Below are positions 23,390-32,219 of a DNA stretch of 64,000 nucleotides, piece after piece. Every line of letters begins with the position of its first letter. Positions within the stretch are counted from its first letter, which is position 1. The stretch is taken from positions 1-64,000 of IMG/VR virus record IMGVR_UViG_3300021411_000005; one strand, written 5' to 3'. The notes beneath the pieces were generated by a model. That model ran no database searches. It was not told the DNA's origin and saw only the letters and a list, made by a program, of their open reading frames with translations. The DNA is from a virus (lineage: Duplodnaviria > Caudoviricetes). Made by a program: the position numbers and the translations under genes.

Positions 23390-26062
23390 TCAGAAGGGAA
23401 TCAGAGCGCTCTGCCCGATCTTGATCAGCTCCAGGATGCGGGCCTTCCCGACCTCCTCCTCATGCTTCCTGACCTCCCGGTACAGCGCGGACGCCTCCGC
23501 CTTGTCCTTCACCGCGGCAAAGCGGTCCTCCCAGGTCGGCTCCGGCGGAGCGGCCGGTGCGGAAGCCGCCTTGATGGCCTCCTTCCCGATGCCGACCAGA
23601 TCGGCCAGCCGGGTGGGGGTGATGCTGCTGTCGGCCTTCGCCTGCCGGTACAGATCCAGCGCCCCGGCCCTGTCCTTCACCACGCCGAAGCGCTGCTCCC
23701 AGGTGACCACTGGCGGGGCCGCAGGTGTCTGGGGGTCCTTCGCCAGAGCCGGAGTGTCCTCCTCCAGGCCGATGGCTTTCCGGCCGATAGCCTTCAGGTC
23801 GGCCAGCCGCTCCGGGGAGAGCCCGGCCGATTCGGCTTTCTTGTACATCCGGAACAGGTCCCCGCCCTCCCGGCAGGCGGAGAAGCGGTCCTCCCAGGTC
23901 GGGTCCGGCAGCTTGACCCGCTCCGGCGACGGCAGCGGGACGTCCACGGCAGCGCGCTCCAGCGCCTTCTTCGCCACGCCGACCAGCCTCTTCAGCTCCG
24001 CAGCCGGAAGTTTGTCCTTGAACTCCTGGTAGAGCGCGGACGCCTCCGCCTTGGTGGTGACCGCGTCGAACCGGTCCTCCAGGACCGGCCAGGGATCAGC
24101 GGCCATGTCCTGTTCCAGCGCGACCGCGGCGGCCGACGGCTCCGGCTGGTCGCAGAAGACGCAGAACGACCCGCTGTGCCCGTTGCCGTCGTCCAGGTAT
24201 TCGTACCTGCACGGTTCCGGAGCAGCGGGGCAGAGCTGCTGGCCGGGCTCTTCGTCCTGGAGATCGGCGCCTCCGGCGGACCCGTGCGCGTTGGCCAGGA
24301 CGTCCGCAGCGGACCGGCCGCCCTTCTTCACCGACGGGTGGCCGCTGTCCATCTGCGCGGCCGACGGCCTGGCGTAGCCCTCCGGACCGGTGGCCGCCGT
24401 GGCCAGCGCCCGGTCCAGGACGACCGTGGACACGGTGGGAGTCTTGGTCCTCTGCCAGTCGGAGATCCGCTGGCAGAGCTGTGCGCCTTCCCAGCCCTTG
24501 GCGATGTCCACGGCGTACAGGAGGCAGCGTTCCTCCCCGTACGGCATGTGCATCACGATGGCCACATCGTTACGGACCTCCGGGACAGCCGGTCCGGGCG
24601 GGTTATCGGTGTCGTGCCGCTGCCAGGACCACTTCACCGGACGGCCGACCGGCACCGCGATACCGGCGGTGTTCACGCCGTTGGCGTAGAGCGCCAACTG
24701 GATGATGATCTCCATCCAGTTGTAGTCCAGGTCCGCGCCGGTCTTCACGTCACCGATGACGTGGTCCCCGGCTTTCAGGTCAATGAAGTTGCCCGTACCG
24801 GCCTCCACGGTCACGTCCCGGACCACCTTCAGGATCCGGTCGAACGTCCCGACCACACCCAGTTCCAGCACCGCGGTGGACCGCTCGATCAGGTGCTCCA
24901 CCACAGCGAACGGGGAGGTCTCCATGCGGTTCCGGTAGGCGACCACGTCACGGACGAATTCGTCCGGGATCTCCTCCAGCGCCTGAGTGCCTTCGTCGGC
25001 CTTCTCGGTGTGCGTGTGAAGGATGGTCCCCTTGTTGGCCCGGGTGCTGGCACCGGCCGCGGTCTTGGCCCGGTCCACCAGCCGGTTCAGTGCCTCGCGC
25101 CGGGACTTGGCCAGTTCGTACGGAGCCTGTCCGTTCTCCCGGCCGTCCTTGACGATCTCCCGGGCCTTGCGCCCCAGCTCCAGATCGGAGACCAGGCCCA
25201 GCACGGTCATCCGGTTGCCCCACAGCTCCAGCGCGAACCGGTCGGACGCTTTCTTCACGAAGTTCGTTGCCCGGGTGGCGGTCCACTTCTTCCCGGTGTG
25301 CGGGTTCGGAGCGTGGTAACGGCCGTTGACGACGCGCAGCTTCGGGCGCAGGAGCGGCTTGTCCTGCTCCGCGTCGGAGTCCCCGCAGCAGTCCTCTCCC
25401 TCCCAGCCGCCGGAACCGTCGGCGCGGATCTGGTCGCCTTCGTCAAAGTGGTCACCGCAGGAGGAGCACGATCCGTCGTAGCGGGCGGGGAAATACGGCG
25501 GGTCGTCCTCCTCTTCGTCGTCGTCACCGCCGGGCCCGCCGTTGCCGTCCAGGAACGCGTCAGCGTCGCCTCCGCTGGCTCCGGAGCTGCCGGACGGCCC
25601 GCCATTCAGGAACGCCTCTGCGGGGTCCTCTGCGGCCTGCTCAGGCTCCGCGGCGGGGTCCTGCGCCCGCAGCCGCTCCGTACGGCCGGGCGCATTTTCC
25701 GCGGGAGTCCCCGGCTGCCCGGTGCGCGCCTGCGCGTCGGTGACCGGCGCCCGGTGCGGGTTGGGGCCGCCGTGGTCCGGCCGCGTGCCGTACTTCGTGG
25801 CCCGGTCAATGATCTCCTCCGCGGCGGCCGTCACGTCGGCCGGTGCGTCCGGTGCGGCCAGCGCGGTGTTGGCGTCCCGGAACTCACGGGCGTACGGGCG
25901 CAGATCCCCGGTGGCCTCCTCCGCGCCCTTCGGCAGGTCACTGCCTCCGGCGCACCGGTTGTCCCGCGGTCCGTGCGTACGGATCCGTCCGTTGGCGGTC
26001 AGGGCGCAGTCCGCATCGCAGACCTGGCACTTCCCCCGGCCGAAGTCCTGTCGTGCTGCCAT
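23390..26062 (-). CDS. PD-(D/E)XK (RecB/Cas4-like) exonuclease with Cys/His motifs and four C-terminal helical repeats
   Basis: GTILHTHTE, GTFDRIL, GDVKTG, QLALYA; N-terminal CxxC...H..C; WEDRF repeats. Confidence 0.8.
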   Translation of the reverse strand: MAARQDFGRGKCQVCDADCALTANGRIRTHGPRDNRCAGGSDLPKGAEEATGDLRPYAREFRDANTALAAPDAPADVTAAAEEIIDRATKYGTRPDHGGPNPHRAPVTDAQARTGQPGTPAENAPGRTERLRAQDPAAEPEQAAEDPAEAFLNGGPSGSSGASGGDADAFLDGNGGPGGDDDEEEDDPPYFPARYDGSCSSCGDHFDEGDQIRADGSGGWEGEDCCGDSDAEQDKPLLRPKLRVVNGRYHAPNPHTGKKWTATRATNFVKKASDRFALELWGNRMTVLGLVSDLELGRKAREIVKDGRENGQAPYELAKSRREALNRLVDRAKTAAGASTRANKGTILHTHTEKADEGTQALEEIPDEFVRDVVAYRNRMETSPFAVVEHLIERSTAVLELGVVGTFDRILKVVRDVTVEAGTGNFIDLKAGDHVIGDVKTGADLDYNWMEIIIQLALYANGVNTAGIAVPVGRPVKWSWQRHDTDNPPGPAVPEVRNDVAIVMHMPYGEERCLLYAVDIAKGWEGAQLCQRISDWQRTKTPTVSTVVLDRALATAATGPEGYARPSAAQMDSGHPSVKKGGRSAADVLANAHGSAGGADLQDEEPGQQLCPAAPEPCRYEYLDDGNGHSGSFCVFCDQPEPSAAAVALEQDMAADPWPVLEDRFDAVTTKAEASALYQEFKDKLPAAELKRLVGVAKKALERAAVDVPLPSPERVKLPDPTWEDRFSACREGGDLFRMYKKAESAGLSPERLADLKAIGRKAIGLEEDTPALAKDPQTPAAPPVVTWEQRFGVVKDRAGALDLYRQAKADSSITPTRLADLVGIGKEAIKAASAPAAPPEPTWEDRFAAVKDKAEASALYREVRKHEEEVGKARILELIKIGQSALIPF

Positions 26063-26081
26063 CGTTTCCTTCTTTCCTTGA

Positions 26082-26594
26082 TCAGTTGTCGGTGTCGTGG
26101 TGCAGCCGGTTGCGCAGCCGCCGTTCCACGTCGCGCAGTGCGGTGTTCTGGGAGGGAAGCGTATCCGCCAGGTCCGACAGGATGTCGGCCAGCTCCTGGC
26201 GGACCACCCGGCGGATCAGCGCGGACTGCCGACGGCCCCGCTCCTGGTCCGCGCGCTGCTCCACGTAGTGGCGGTGGAGCAGGGATTCGTTCCGGATCTG
26301 TTCCTCCGTACGGAACCTGACCACCGCGTCCGTCACCCGGATGTCCACCTGGGACTGGTCGGTCCCGGGGAAGAACGTCCGCATGATCCAGGCTGCACTG
26401 ACGTCCCCCTGCAACCGGGCCGCAGCCTGGCTGATGTCCTCCGTGGGGAAGCTGTAGCGGAAGGTCCGGTTCTGGGTGCAGTAGGCAGCTTTCCCGGCAG
26501 GAAGGGTTCTCCGGACGTCACTCATCAGGACTTCATCCGCGTCCGCGTCCATGTCCACGCCCCGGAACTCGATGCTGACGTCGTAGAAGGGCAT
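26082..26594 (-). CDS. hypothetical protein (170 aa)
   Basis: ORF track; operon packing. Confidence 0.7.
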   Translation of the reverse strand: MPFYDVSIEFRGVDMDADADEVLMSDVRRTLPAGKAAYCTQNRTFRYSFPTEDISQAAARLQGDVSAAWIMRTFFPGTDQSQVDIRVTDAVVRFRTEEQIRNESLLHRHYVEQRADQERGRRQSALIRRVVRQELADILSDLADTLPSQNTALRDVERRLRNRLHHDTDN

Positions 26595-26596
26595 GA

Positions 26597-27028
26597 TCAG
26601 CCGGTCCTTTCGAGATCGGCCGGACGCAGCGCGCCGTCAGGCTTCCGGATCCGGTACGTTCCCCAGTCGGGCAGCGGGCCCGGAAGGCCCAGGAGCTGGG
26701 CCAGTACGGTGCAGTCCGCCAGGGCGGTCCCCAGCCGCTCCTTCAGCGGGTGCCGGACCGTGATCCCGGCGGCCGACACCGTGGCGGTATGGCCGGTCTC
26801 GCGCTCCTCCAGAATGGTGCTCACCGCGTCCGGCTCCGGGCACTTCAGGAAGGAGCAGGTGACGTATCCCCCGTCCCCCAGGAACAGGGTCTCCCCGCAG
26901 CCCATCGGGCAGCGGCCCTTTACCGGCTGGTATGCGCTCACGTCGGTCTCCTTCCGGCTGGCCAGCTCCTCCCGGACAATCCGGCGGATCCGGTGCTCCA
27001 GCAGTTCGTTCCGGTTCAGTGTTGTCAT
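26597..27028 (-). CDS. hypothetical protein with CPMGC...C...C motif
   Basis: ORF track. Confidence 0.7.
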   Translation of the reverse strand: MTTLNRNELLEHRIRRIVREELASRKETDVSAYQPVKGRCPMGCGETLFLGDGGYVTCSFLKCPEPDAVSTILEERETGHTATVSAAGITVRHPLKERLGTALADCTVLAQLLGLPGPLPDWGTYRIRKPDGALRPADLERTG

Positions 27029-27034
27029 CGGTCA

Positions 27035-28732
27035 TCACACCTTCGCCGCATGCGGATCGAGCGCCCGGGACGCCAGCTTCACGGCCATGGCGTCACTGAT
27101 CACTCCCTGGGTCATGGCGTCGGTGACGCGCAGGCCCATGGACTTCGCCTTGGTCACCATCGCCCGGGGCGGGGTCCTCCTCCGCCAGGTGGCCTGGCGC
27201 TGGACTCCGAAGGACGCATGCTCCTCCGCTTCGGTCTCTGCCCAGGCAGTCGCCATGCCCAGTGACAGGCCCTTGTGGAGCCTCCGCGGCCGGGCCTGGG
27301 AAGTAACCCGCTCCGGCCAGCCGTAGACGTCCCAGGTACCGTTCTCGCGCGGCCAGAGCAGGACGAAGCCTCCGCCCACCGGGATGAACATCACCCCGCC
27401 CGCCGTACGCAGCCAGACGTGGCTGGACGCGGTGAAGATGTCCAGGTCCCGGTGTTTGAGCAGGAAGGCAGTGTTCCCGGTGTGGTGCTCCACCCGGTCG
27501 GCGTGCTCCTCCTGCCGGATGTACGCCTCTGCCAGGGACTCCCCGTCGGCCGGTGCGGTGACCAGGCCGGGCTCCAGGTCTATCAGGGTGGAGATCCGGC
27601 CGCCGGTCCCGGCCAGGTCGATAACCAGCGCGTCGGTCTTGCCCGGCCACGGCCGGAGCACCCGGCCCACCATCTGGATGAACAGCGGTGCCGACTGGGT
27701 GGGGCGCGCGATCACCGCGCAGTCGGCCATGGGGAAGTCCGCGCCTTCGGTGAGGACCATGCAGTTGACCATGACCGTGATCCCGCCGGAGCGGAAGGCG
27801 GAGTAGATGGCCAGCCGCTCCTCCCGGGGGGTCGCTCCCGAGACGGCCGCGCAGCGCACCCCGCGCTTGTCCAGCTCCCGGACGGTCTCCGCAGTGGTCG
27901 CCACGGTCGGCGTGAAGACGATGGTCCGGCGCTCCGGAGCGTGCTGGAGGACGGTCCGCGCGATCAGCGCGGGGCCGCCGGACTCCATCAGCGCGTCTCC
28001 GAGCGCCCCGGCCGCGTAGTCCCCGCCGGTCTTCTTCACCGACGCCAGGTCCATGCCGGACTCGATCTCCCGGCCGCGGACATCCACCAGGTGGCCCTGG
28101 CTGATCATCCACAGCACCGACCGGCTGTAGACCACATCGTTCCAGACGTCTCCCAGGCCGACGCCGTCACCACGCTTCAGGGTGGCGGTGAAGCCGACGC
28201 ACTTGGTCCCGGCGCGGTAGTCCTCTTCGTCGTCCTTCAGGCCGCTGTAGCACCCGAGCGCGGCCATGATGTCCCGGTAGCTCTTCGCGGTGGCGTGGTG
28301 GCATTCATCCACGATCACCAGGCCGATCTCCCCCACCGCATCGGCCGCGTCCAGGAGCTGGCGCATCCGGCGCTCCCGGGCCAGCGTCTGGACCGAGCAC
28401 ACCATCACGTCGGCTGTCACCTCGTTGTCGGCAGCCTTCACCTTGCCGATGACCAGGTCCGGCGCCGCGGTACGCAGCTTGTCGATGGCCTGGTCAGCCA
28501 GTTCGTCACGGTGCACCAGGACCACGACCCGGTAGGGCCGCCCCCAGGATGCGTTCGTGGACGGTTTCCAGACCTCCACGAACTGGCGGATCAGGCCGGA
28601 GAAGACCACGGTCTTCCCGGAGCCGGTCGGCAGGACGACGGCCGGGCGCTGCATGCCGCTGGCCCAGGCGGACCAGGCGGCGCCTACGGCCTCTTCCTGG
28701 TACTCCCGCAGGTGGATCCCGGTGGCTGTCAC
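27035..28732 (-). CDS. SF2 DEAD/DEAH-box helicase
   Basis: LREYQ, LPTGSGKT, IVDECHH, FTAT, LTEGADFP, QMVGRVLR; GTG 28732. Confidence 0.92.
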   Translation of the reverse strand: MTATGIHLREYQEEAVGAAWSAWASGMQRPAVVLPTGSGKTVVFSGLIRQFVEVWKPSTNASWGRPYRVVVLVHRDELADQAIDKLRTAAPDLVIGKVKAADNEVTADVMVCSVQTLARERRMRQLLDAADAVGEIGLVIVDECHHATAKSYRDIMAALGCYSGLKDDEEDYRAGTKCVGFTATLKRGDGVGLGDVWNDVVYSRSVLWMISQGHLVDVRGREIESGMDLASVKKTGGDYAAGALGDALMESGGPALIARTVLQHAPERRTIVFTPTVATTAETVRELDKRGVRCAAVSGATPREERLAIYSAFRSGGITVMVNCMVLTEGADFPMADCAVIARPTQSAPLFIQMVGRVLRPWPGKTDALVIDLAGTGGRISTLIDLEPGLVTAPADGESLAEAYIRQEEHADRVEHHTGNTAFLLKHRDLDIFTASSHVWLRTAGGVMFIPVGGGFVLLWPRENGTWDVYGWPERVTSQARPRRLHKGLSLGMATAWAETEAEEHASFGVQRQATWRRRTPPRAMVTKAKSMGLRVTDAMTQGVISDAMAVKLASRALDPHAAKV

Positions 28733-29244
28733 CTCTGATCCTCCCAGCGGTCCGGCGCTGTGATGTTCGGACCGGTCGCCAGGTATCCGGTCAGGTGCCA
28801 CCTGGCCCACTCCGGGATCCTGTCGATACCCACGACAGCCAGCGCTTCGGCGAACAGGCGGTTGTCACCGGACGGGTCCTCCTCTTCGGTGAAGGAGAGG
28901 GGTCCGATGCCTTCGTTTGCCAGTGCTGCGTCACACCGGATCAGGAGGTCCGCCACCGCAGAGGACATGGCCGGGCGCCGGACCGGTGTGTACGGCTCTG
29001 CCTTCCCCCGCGTGAGGATGCGGTGGACCAGGATCCAGCGCTGTGCCCCGCCGGGGTAGTCGGCCGTCCGCTTGTGCACGTCGATACGGCAGGACTCGAT
29101 GTCCTGGTCCGTCGGCTGGGTCTTCCGCCGCGGGACGATGAAGGAGGACCAGTGCGAGTGCTCGAACCGGTAAACGGTCCCGTTGATAACCCGTTCCCGG
29201 TTTTCCTGGCGATGGGTGACATTCTTGTCCACTCCGGTGCTCAT
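28729..29244 (-). CDS. hypothetical protein (171 aa)
   Basis: ATG 29244 with GGAGGGG, within track ORF 28729..29385. Confidence 0.6.
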   Translation of the reverse strand: MSTGVDKNVTHRQENRERVINGTVYRFEHSHWSSFIVPRRKTQPTDQDIESCRIDVHKRTADYPGGAQRWILVHRILTRGKAEPYTPVRRPAMSSAVADLLIRCDAALANEGIGPLSFTEEEDPSGDNRLFAEALAVVGIDRIPEWARWHLTGYLATGPNITAPDRWEDQR

Positions 29245-29450
29245 TCCCCCTCCTTCGTTTTCTTGTTGTAGGTGACGCCGACCGTGGATTCGGCCATTAC
29301 CGTATGACCAGTAATCCTGGCGTGCACCGCAGCAATTCCCATGGAATTGCGGGTGTCCGATTTCCACACGCATTCTGCGCACCACGCCTGGGCACCCAGC
29401 AGTCCCGAATGCTTGGTCGGCGGGGTACCGCGGGTCCGCCGGGCCGCCAT
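29241..29450 (-). CDS. small CxxC...H..H protein (69 aa)
   Basis: AWCAECVW...AVHARITGH; lower GC3 than its neighbours. Confidence 0.6.
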   Translation of the reverse strand: MAARRTRGTPPTKHSGLLGAQAWCAECVWKSDTRNSMGIAAVHARITGHTVMAESTVGVTYNKKTKEGE

Positions 29451-30028
29451 CAGCAGTCCCCGTAATCCACGGACCCCTGCATGGACACAGCGGCCGGGTC
29501 CTGGAGCCAGGCGGAGTAGGACAGACCGCTGTCCGCCAGAAACTTCTTCAGCCGCCACTCCAGCGCCAGGTCCACACCCGCCGGTTCGTGCACGGTGTGG
29601 AACTCCCCCTCACCGCACCGGCACAGGCCGTGCAGCCGGTCGGCGCCGCTCCAGCCGTGGCGGTAGGCCGGAGCCGGGGGCATGGCGGCCACTCCGCGGC
29701 GGATCTCCATCTCCGCCAGGAGCAGCGCGACGGCAGCCGTCTGGACCAGCTCTTCCAGCCGGTCGCGGCCGGGAGCCGCGGTGAAGGCTTCGTAGACCTC
29801 CTCCAGGAGCACGGCGTCCCCGGTCCGGGTTCCGGTCTCGATGGCCGCGTCGTTGTACGCCTTGAACATCGCAGCCCAGACACCGTAGGACCGGCCGGTC
29901 AGGACGATCTCCTGCTCCGCGGTGCCGGTCAGCGGGTACTGCTGGACGCCGAACTTGTCGTCCTGGGCCCGGCGCTCCCGCGCGACGGCGGCCAGGAGCT
30001 TCATCACGATTACCTTGCTCTGGTCCAT
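29450..30028 (-). CDS. possible MazG-like all-alpha NTP pyrophosphohydrolase
   Basis: ERRAQDDKFG...LLEEVYEA...LEELVQTAAV acidic helix pattern. Confidence 0.5.
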   Translation of the reverse strand: MDQSKVIVMKLLAAVARERRAQDDKFGVQQYPLTGTAEQEIVLTGRSYGVWAAMFKAYNDAAIETGTRTGDAVLLEEVYEAFTAAPGRDRLEELVQTAAVALLLAEMEIRRGVAAMPPAPAYRHGWSGADRLHGLCRCGEGEFHTVHEPAGVDLALEWRLKKFLADSGLSYSAWLQDPAAVSMQGSVDYGDC

Positions 30029-30034
30029 GATCTG

Positions 30035-30439
30035 TCAGACCTTCCTCTTCAGGACGTTGTGGACATACCACCGGCCGGACCGGTGCCGGACGGGAACGCG
30101 CTCCCCGTCGGTCCGACCGCAGTCGGCACAGACCTGGAGTTCGTCCCTCCAGGCCGGATTGCGCTTCCAGCCGCAGTGCTTGCACCGCCACACCGTGCAC
30201 AGGGCGCATGCGGCTCCGTGGCGCCGGGCGGGCCTGGGGGTCCTGCGGACGTTGGCCGGGCCGGTGAACCCGGCCGCGGAGCGGAACCGGATCCGCAGCT
30301 CCTCCAGTGTGGTGGCGCAGCGGTCGCACATCGGGTGGCTGTAGGACACCTGGTCGGGGTCCATGGTCCACGCCCGGCAGCGCAGGCACCGGGGCCCGCG
30401 CGCAGCGACGGCGGCCAGGACGGCGGGGAAGTTGCTCAC
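30035..30439 (-). CDS. Cys-rich hypothetical protein with several CxxC pairs
   Basis: CLRC, CDRC, CALC, CKHC, CADC. Confidence 0.6.
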   Translation of the reverse strand: MSNFPAVLAAVAARGPRCLRCRAWTMDPDQVSYSHPMCDRCATTLEELRIRFRSAAGFTGPANVRRTPRPARRHGAACALCTVWRCKHCGWKRNPAWRDELQVCADCGRTDGERVPVRHRSGRWYVHNVLKRKV

Positions 30440-30861
30440 TCCTCCACATCCCAGGTGACCATTTTCGGAAGGCTCCAGCACGGGTTCTTTCCGGCGTGCG
30501 CGGCCTGGACCGACCAGTCCTTGAACACCCGGGGACCGGCGGGGCCGCTCTCCGTGGTGACCTCCCGGCGGTCCGGGTGGATGTCGATCTCCAGGAAGAA
30601 GATCCCGGCCTTCAGCATCGACACGAAGTAGGCGACCGGCTCCCGGTGGCGGTACAGCTCCCCGGCCACCACCAGGTGGCTGCCGACGATTCCGGCGCTG
30701 TCCATGAAGCCCAGGACCAGGCCGTGGCCGGGACCGGCAGCGGGCGCCAGGACCGGCGCCCTGCCGCGGTACAGGATCTTCTCCGCGGGAGTGTCCAGGA
30801 CCCGCCGGTCGGCGGTCGGGCTGTACAGCTCCGCCACGGCGGCCAGGAAGCGGGTGGTCAC
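30436..30861 (-). CDS. hypothetical protein (141 aa)
   Basis: GTG 30861 coupled to the upstream TGA. Confidence 0.55.
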   Translation of the reverse strand: MTTRFLAAVAELYSPTADRRVLDTPAEKILYRGRAPVLAPAAGPGHGLVLGFMDSAGIVGSHLVVAGELYRHREPVAYFVSMLKAGIFFLEIDIHPDRREVTTESGPAGPRVFKDWSVQAAHAGKNPCWSLPKMVTWDVEE

Positions 30862-31061
30862 GGTTTCACCTGCCGGTACCGCTCGGCAATGCCCCAGAAG
30901 GCTCCGGTCTTCAGCTCCAGCGCGTCGGCCAGGCCGTAGACCGCGATGATCGCGCTGGTGATCTTCTCCGCGTCGTACCAGTGCGGCGCGGTGGTGGTGC
31001 CGTTCAGGCGGAGCTTCACCGACGCCAGGACTTCGCTCCGGTTGTCCAGGGCCTTCAGCAC
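30858..31061 (-). CDS. hypothetical protein (67 aa)
   Basis: GTG 31061 with GGAGG. Confidence 0.55.
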   Translation of the reverse strand: MLKALDNRSEVLASVKLRLNGTTTAPHWYDAEKITSAIIAVYGLADALELKTGAFWGIAERYRQVKP

Positions 31062-31447
31062 GGCTCCTCCGTCCGGCGCAGCGACCAGGTGTGCCCGTAC
31101 ATCGGGTGGTGCCAGTGGCCTCCCCCGGCGGTGAGCACCGGGGATCCGGTGGCCTCTCCGCCGCAGCCGCACAGGGCGTAGGCGTAGACGGAGGAGAGGC
31201 AGCACACGGTGGCCGGGCGGGACGGCTGCCCGAAGGACGGGTACAGCGTGATCTCCGTGCCGGGCTCCGGGTGGCGGTACTCCGCGGCCAGGATCTGGAA
31301 GTCCTCCCGGTTGACCGCGTCGGGGTGCCGGGCGCCGTACGTCTCCAGGTAGGAGCTGGCGACGGCCGACAGGTTGTACTGGCCGTCCAGCTCCAGCACC
31401 CGGTTCCGCACCAGTTCCCGGACCTGCCGTTCACTGAAGGATGTCAT
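31055..31447 (-). CDS. hypothetical protein (130 aa), first gene of the leftward arm
   Basis: RBS CAGGAAAGAGGAACCG after the promoter at 31477..31505. Confidence 0.7.
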   Translation of the reverse strand: MTSFSERQVRELVRNRVLELDGQYNLSAVASSYLETYGARHPDAVNREDFQILAAEYRHPEPGTEITLYPSFGQPSRPATVCCLSSVYAYALCGCGGEATGSPVLTAGGGHWHHPMYGHTWSLRRTEEPC

Positions 31448-31476
31448 CGGTTCCTCTTTCCTGTATCAGTAGGGCC

Positions 31477-31534
31477 ACCGTACGGGCACTGCCAGATGCT
31501 GTCAATCGCTGCCACTCGATGCTATGGTCCCGGC
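31477..31534. promoter_or_regulatory. divergent promoter pair at the strand switch
   Basis: Minus strand: TTGACA-17-TACGGT. Plus strand: TATGGT 6 nt before ATG 31535 with no RBS (leaderless). Confidence 0.75.
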
Positions 31535-31723
31535 ATGAATGACACTCTGATCACCCGGAGGGAAGCGGCCGACAGGGCATCTGTCGGCCTGCGGACCGTG
31601 GACCGGTGGCTGGCCGAAGGACGGCTGACCCGGCACAAGGACGGTCTGGGCCGTGTGACGATCAGTCCCCTGGAGCTGGACGAACTGACGACCCCCAGGC
31701 CCGTCAGTGCCACCGGCCGGTAG
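31535..31723 (+). CDS. MerR/Xis-like (HTH_17) DNA-binding protein
   Basis: LITRREAADRASVGLRTVDRWLAEGRL...GRVTISPLELDE. Confidence 0.8.
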   Translation: MNDTLITRREAADRASVGLRTVDRWLAEGRLTRHKDGLGRVTISPLELDELTTPRPVSATGR

Positions 31724-31745
31724 ACCTGCGAGGAACGAGGAAACC

Positions 31746-32219
31746 ATGGCTGCGCGCATCAAGGCCATTGAGACCCAGTACGCGGGGTGCCGGTTCCGGT
31801 CCCGCCTGGAGGCCCGCTGGGCCGTGTTCTGGGACACCCTGGAGTGGCCCTGGGAGTACGAGCCGCAGGGGTTCGCCCTGCCGTCGGGCAACTACCTGCC
31901 GGACTTCCGGGTCCACGTCCCGGACAGCTCGAACGGGCCCGTGTGGTTCGAGGTGAAGCCGCCCGGCGTGCCGGACGACCCGCGGTGGCCGGAGCTGGCC
32001 GCCATGACGGACGCAATGATCATCGTGGCCAAGGGCATGCACCGGTCGGGGGATTCGTGCAGGAGCGCGCACACCGCTGACGCGTACAGCGGGACGGCGG
32101 TCGGCAGGGACCTCAAGCTGTGGATGCACAGCCCTGCGGCGGCCTGGGACGCGGCGTCCGGCGCCCGGTTCGAGCACGGGGAATCGCCGGTCACCCGGCG
32201 CGGCCGGAGGAAGCGGTGA
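31746..32219 (+). CDS. PD-(D/E)XK endonuclease-like protein
   Basis: FRSRLEARWA..WEYEP.GF...YLPDF...WFEVK. Confidence 0.75.
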   Translation: MAARIKAIETQYAGCRFRSRLEARWAVFWDTLEWPWEYEPQGFALPSGNYLPDFRVHVPDSSNGPVWFEVKPPGVPDDPRWPELAAMTDAMIIVAKGMHRSGDSCRSAHTADAYSGTAVGRDLKLWMHSPAAAWDAASGARFEHGESPVTRRGRRKR

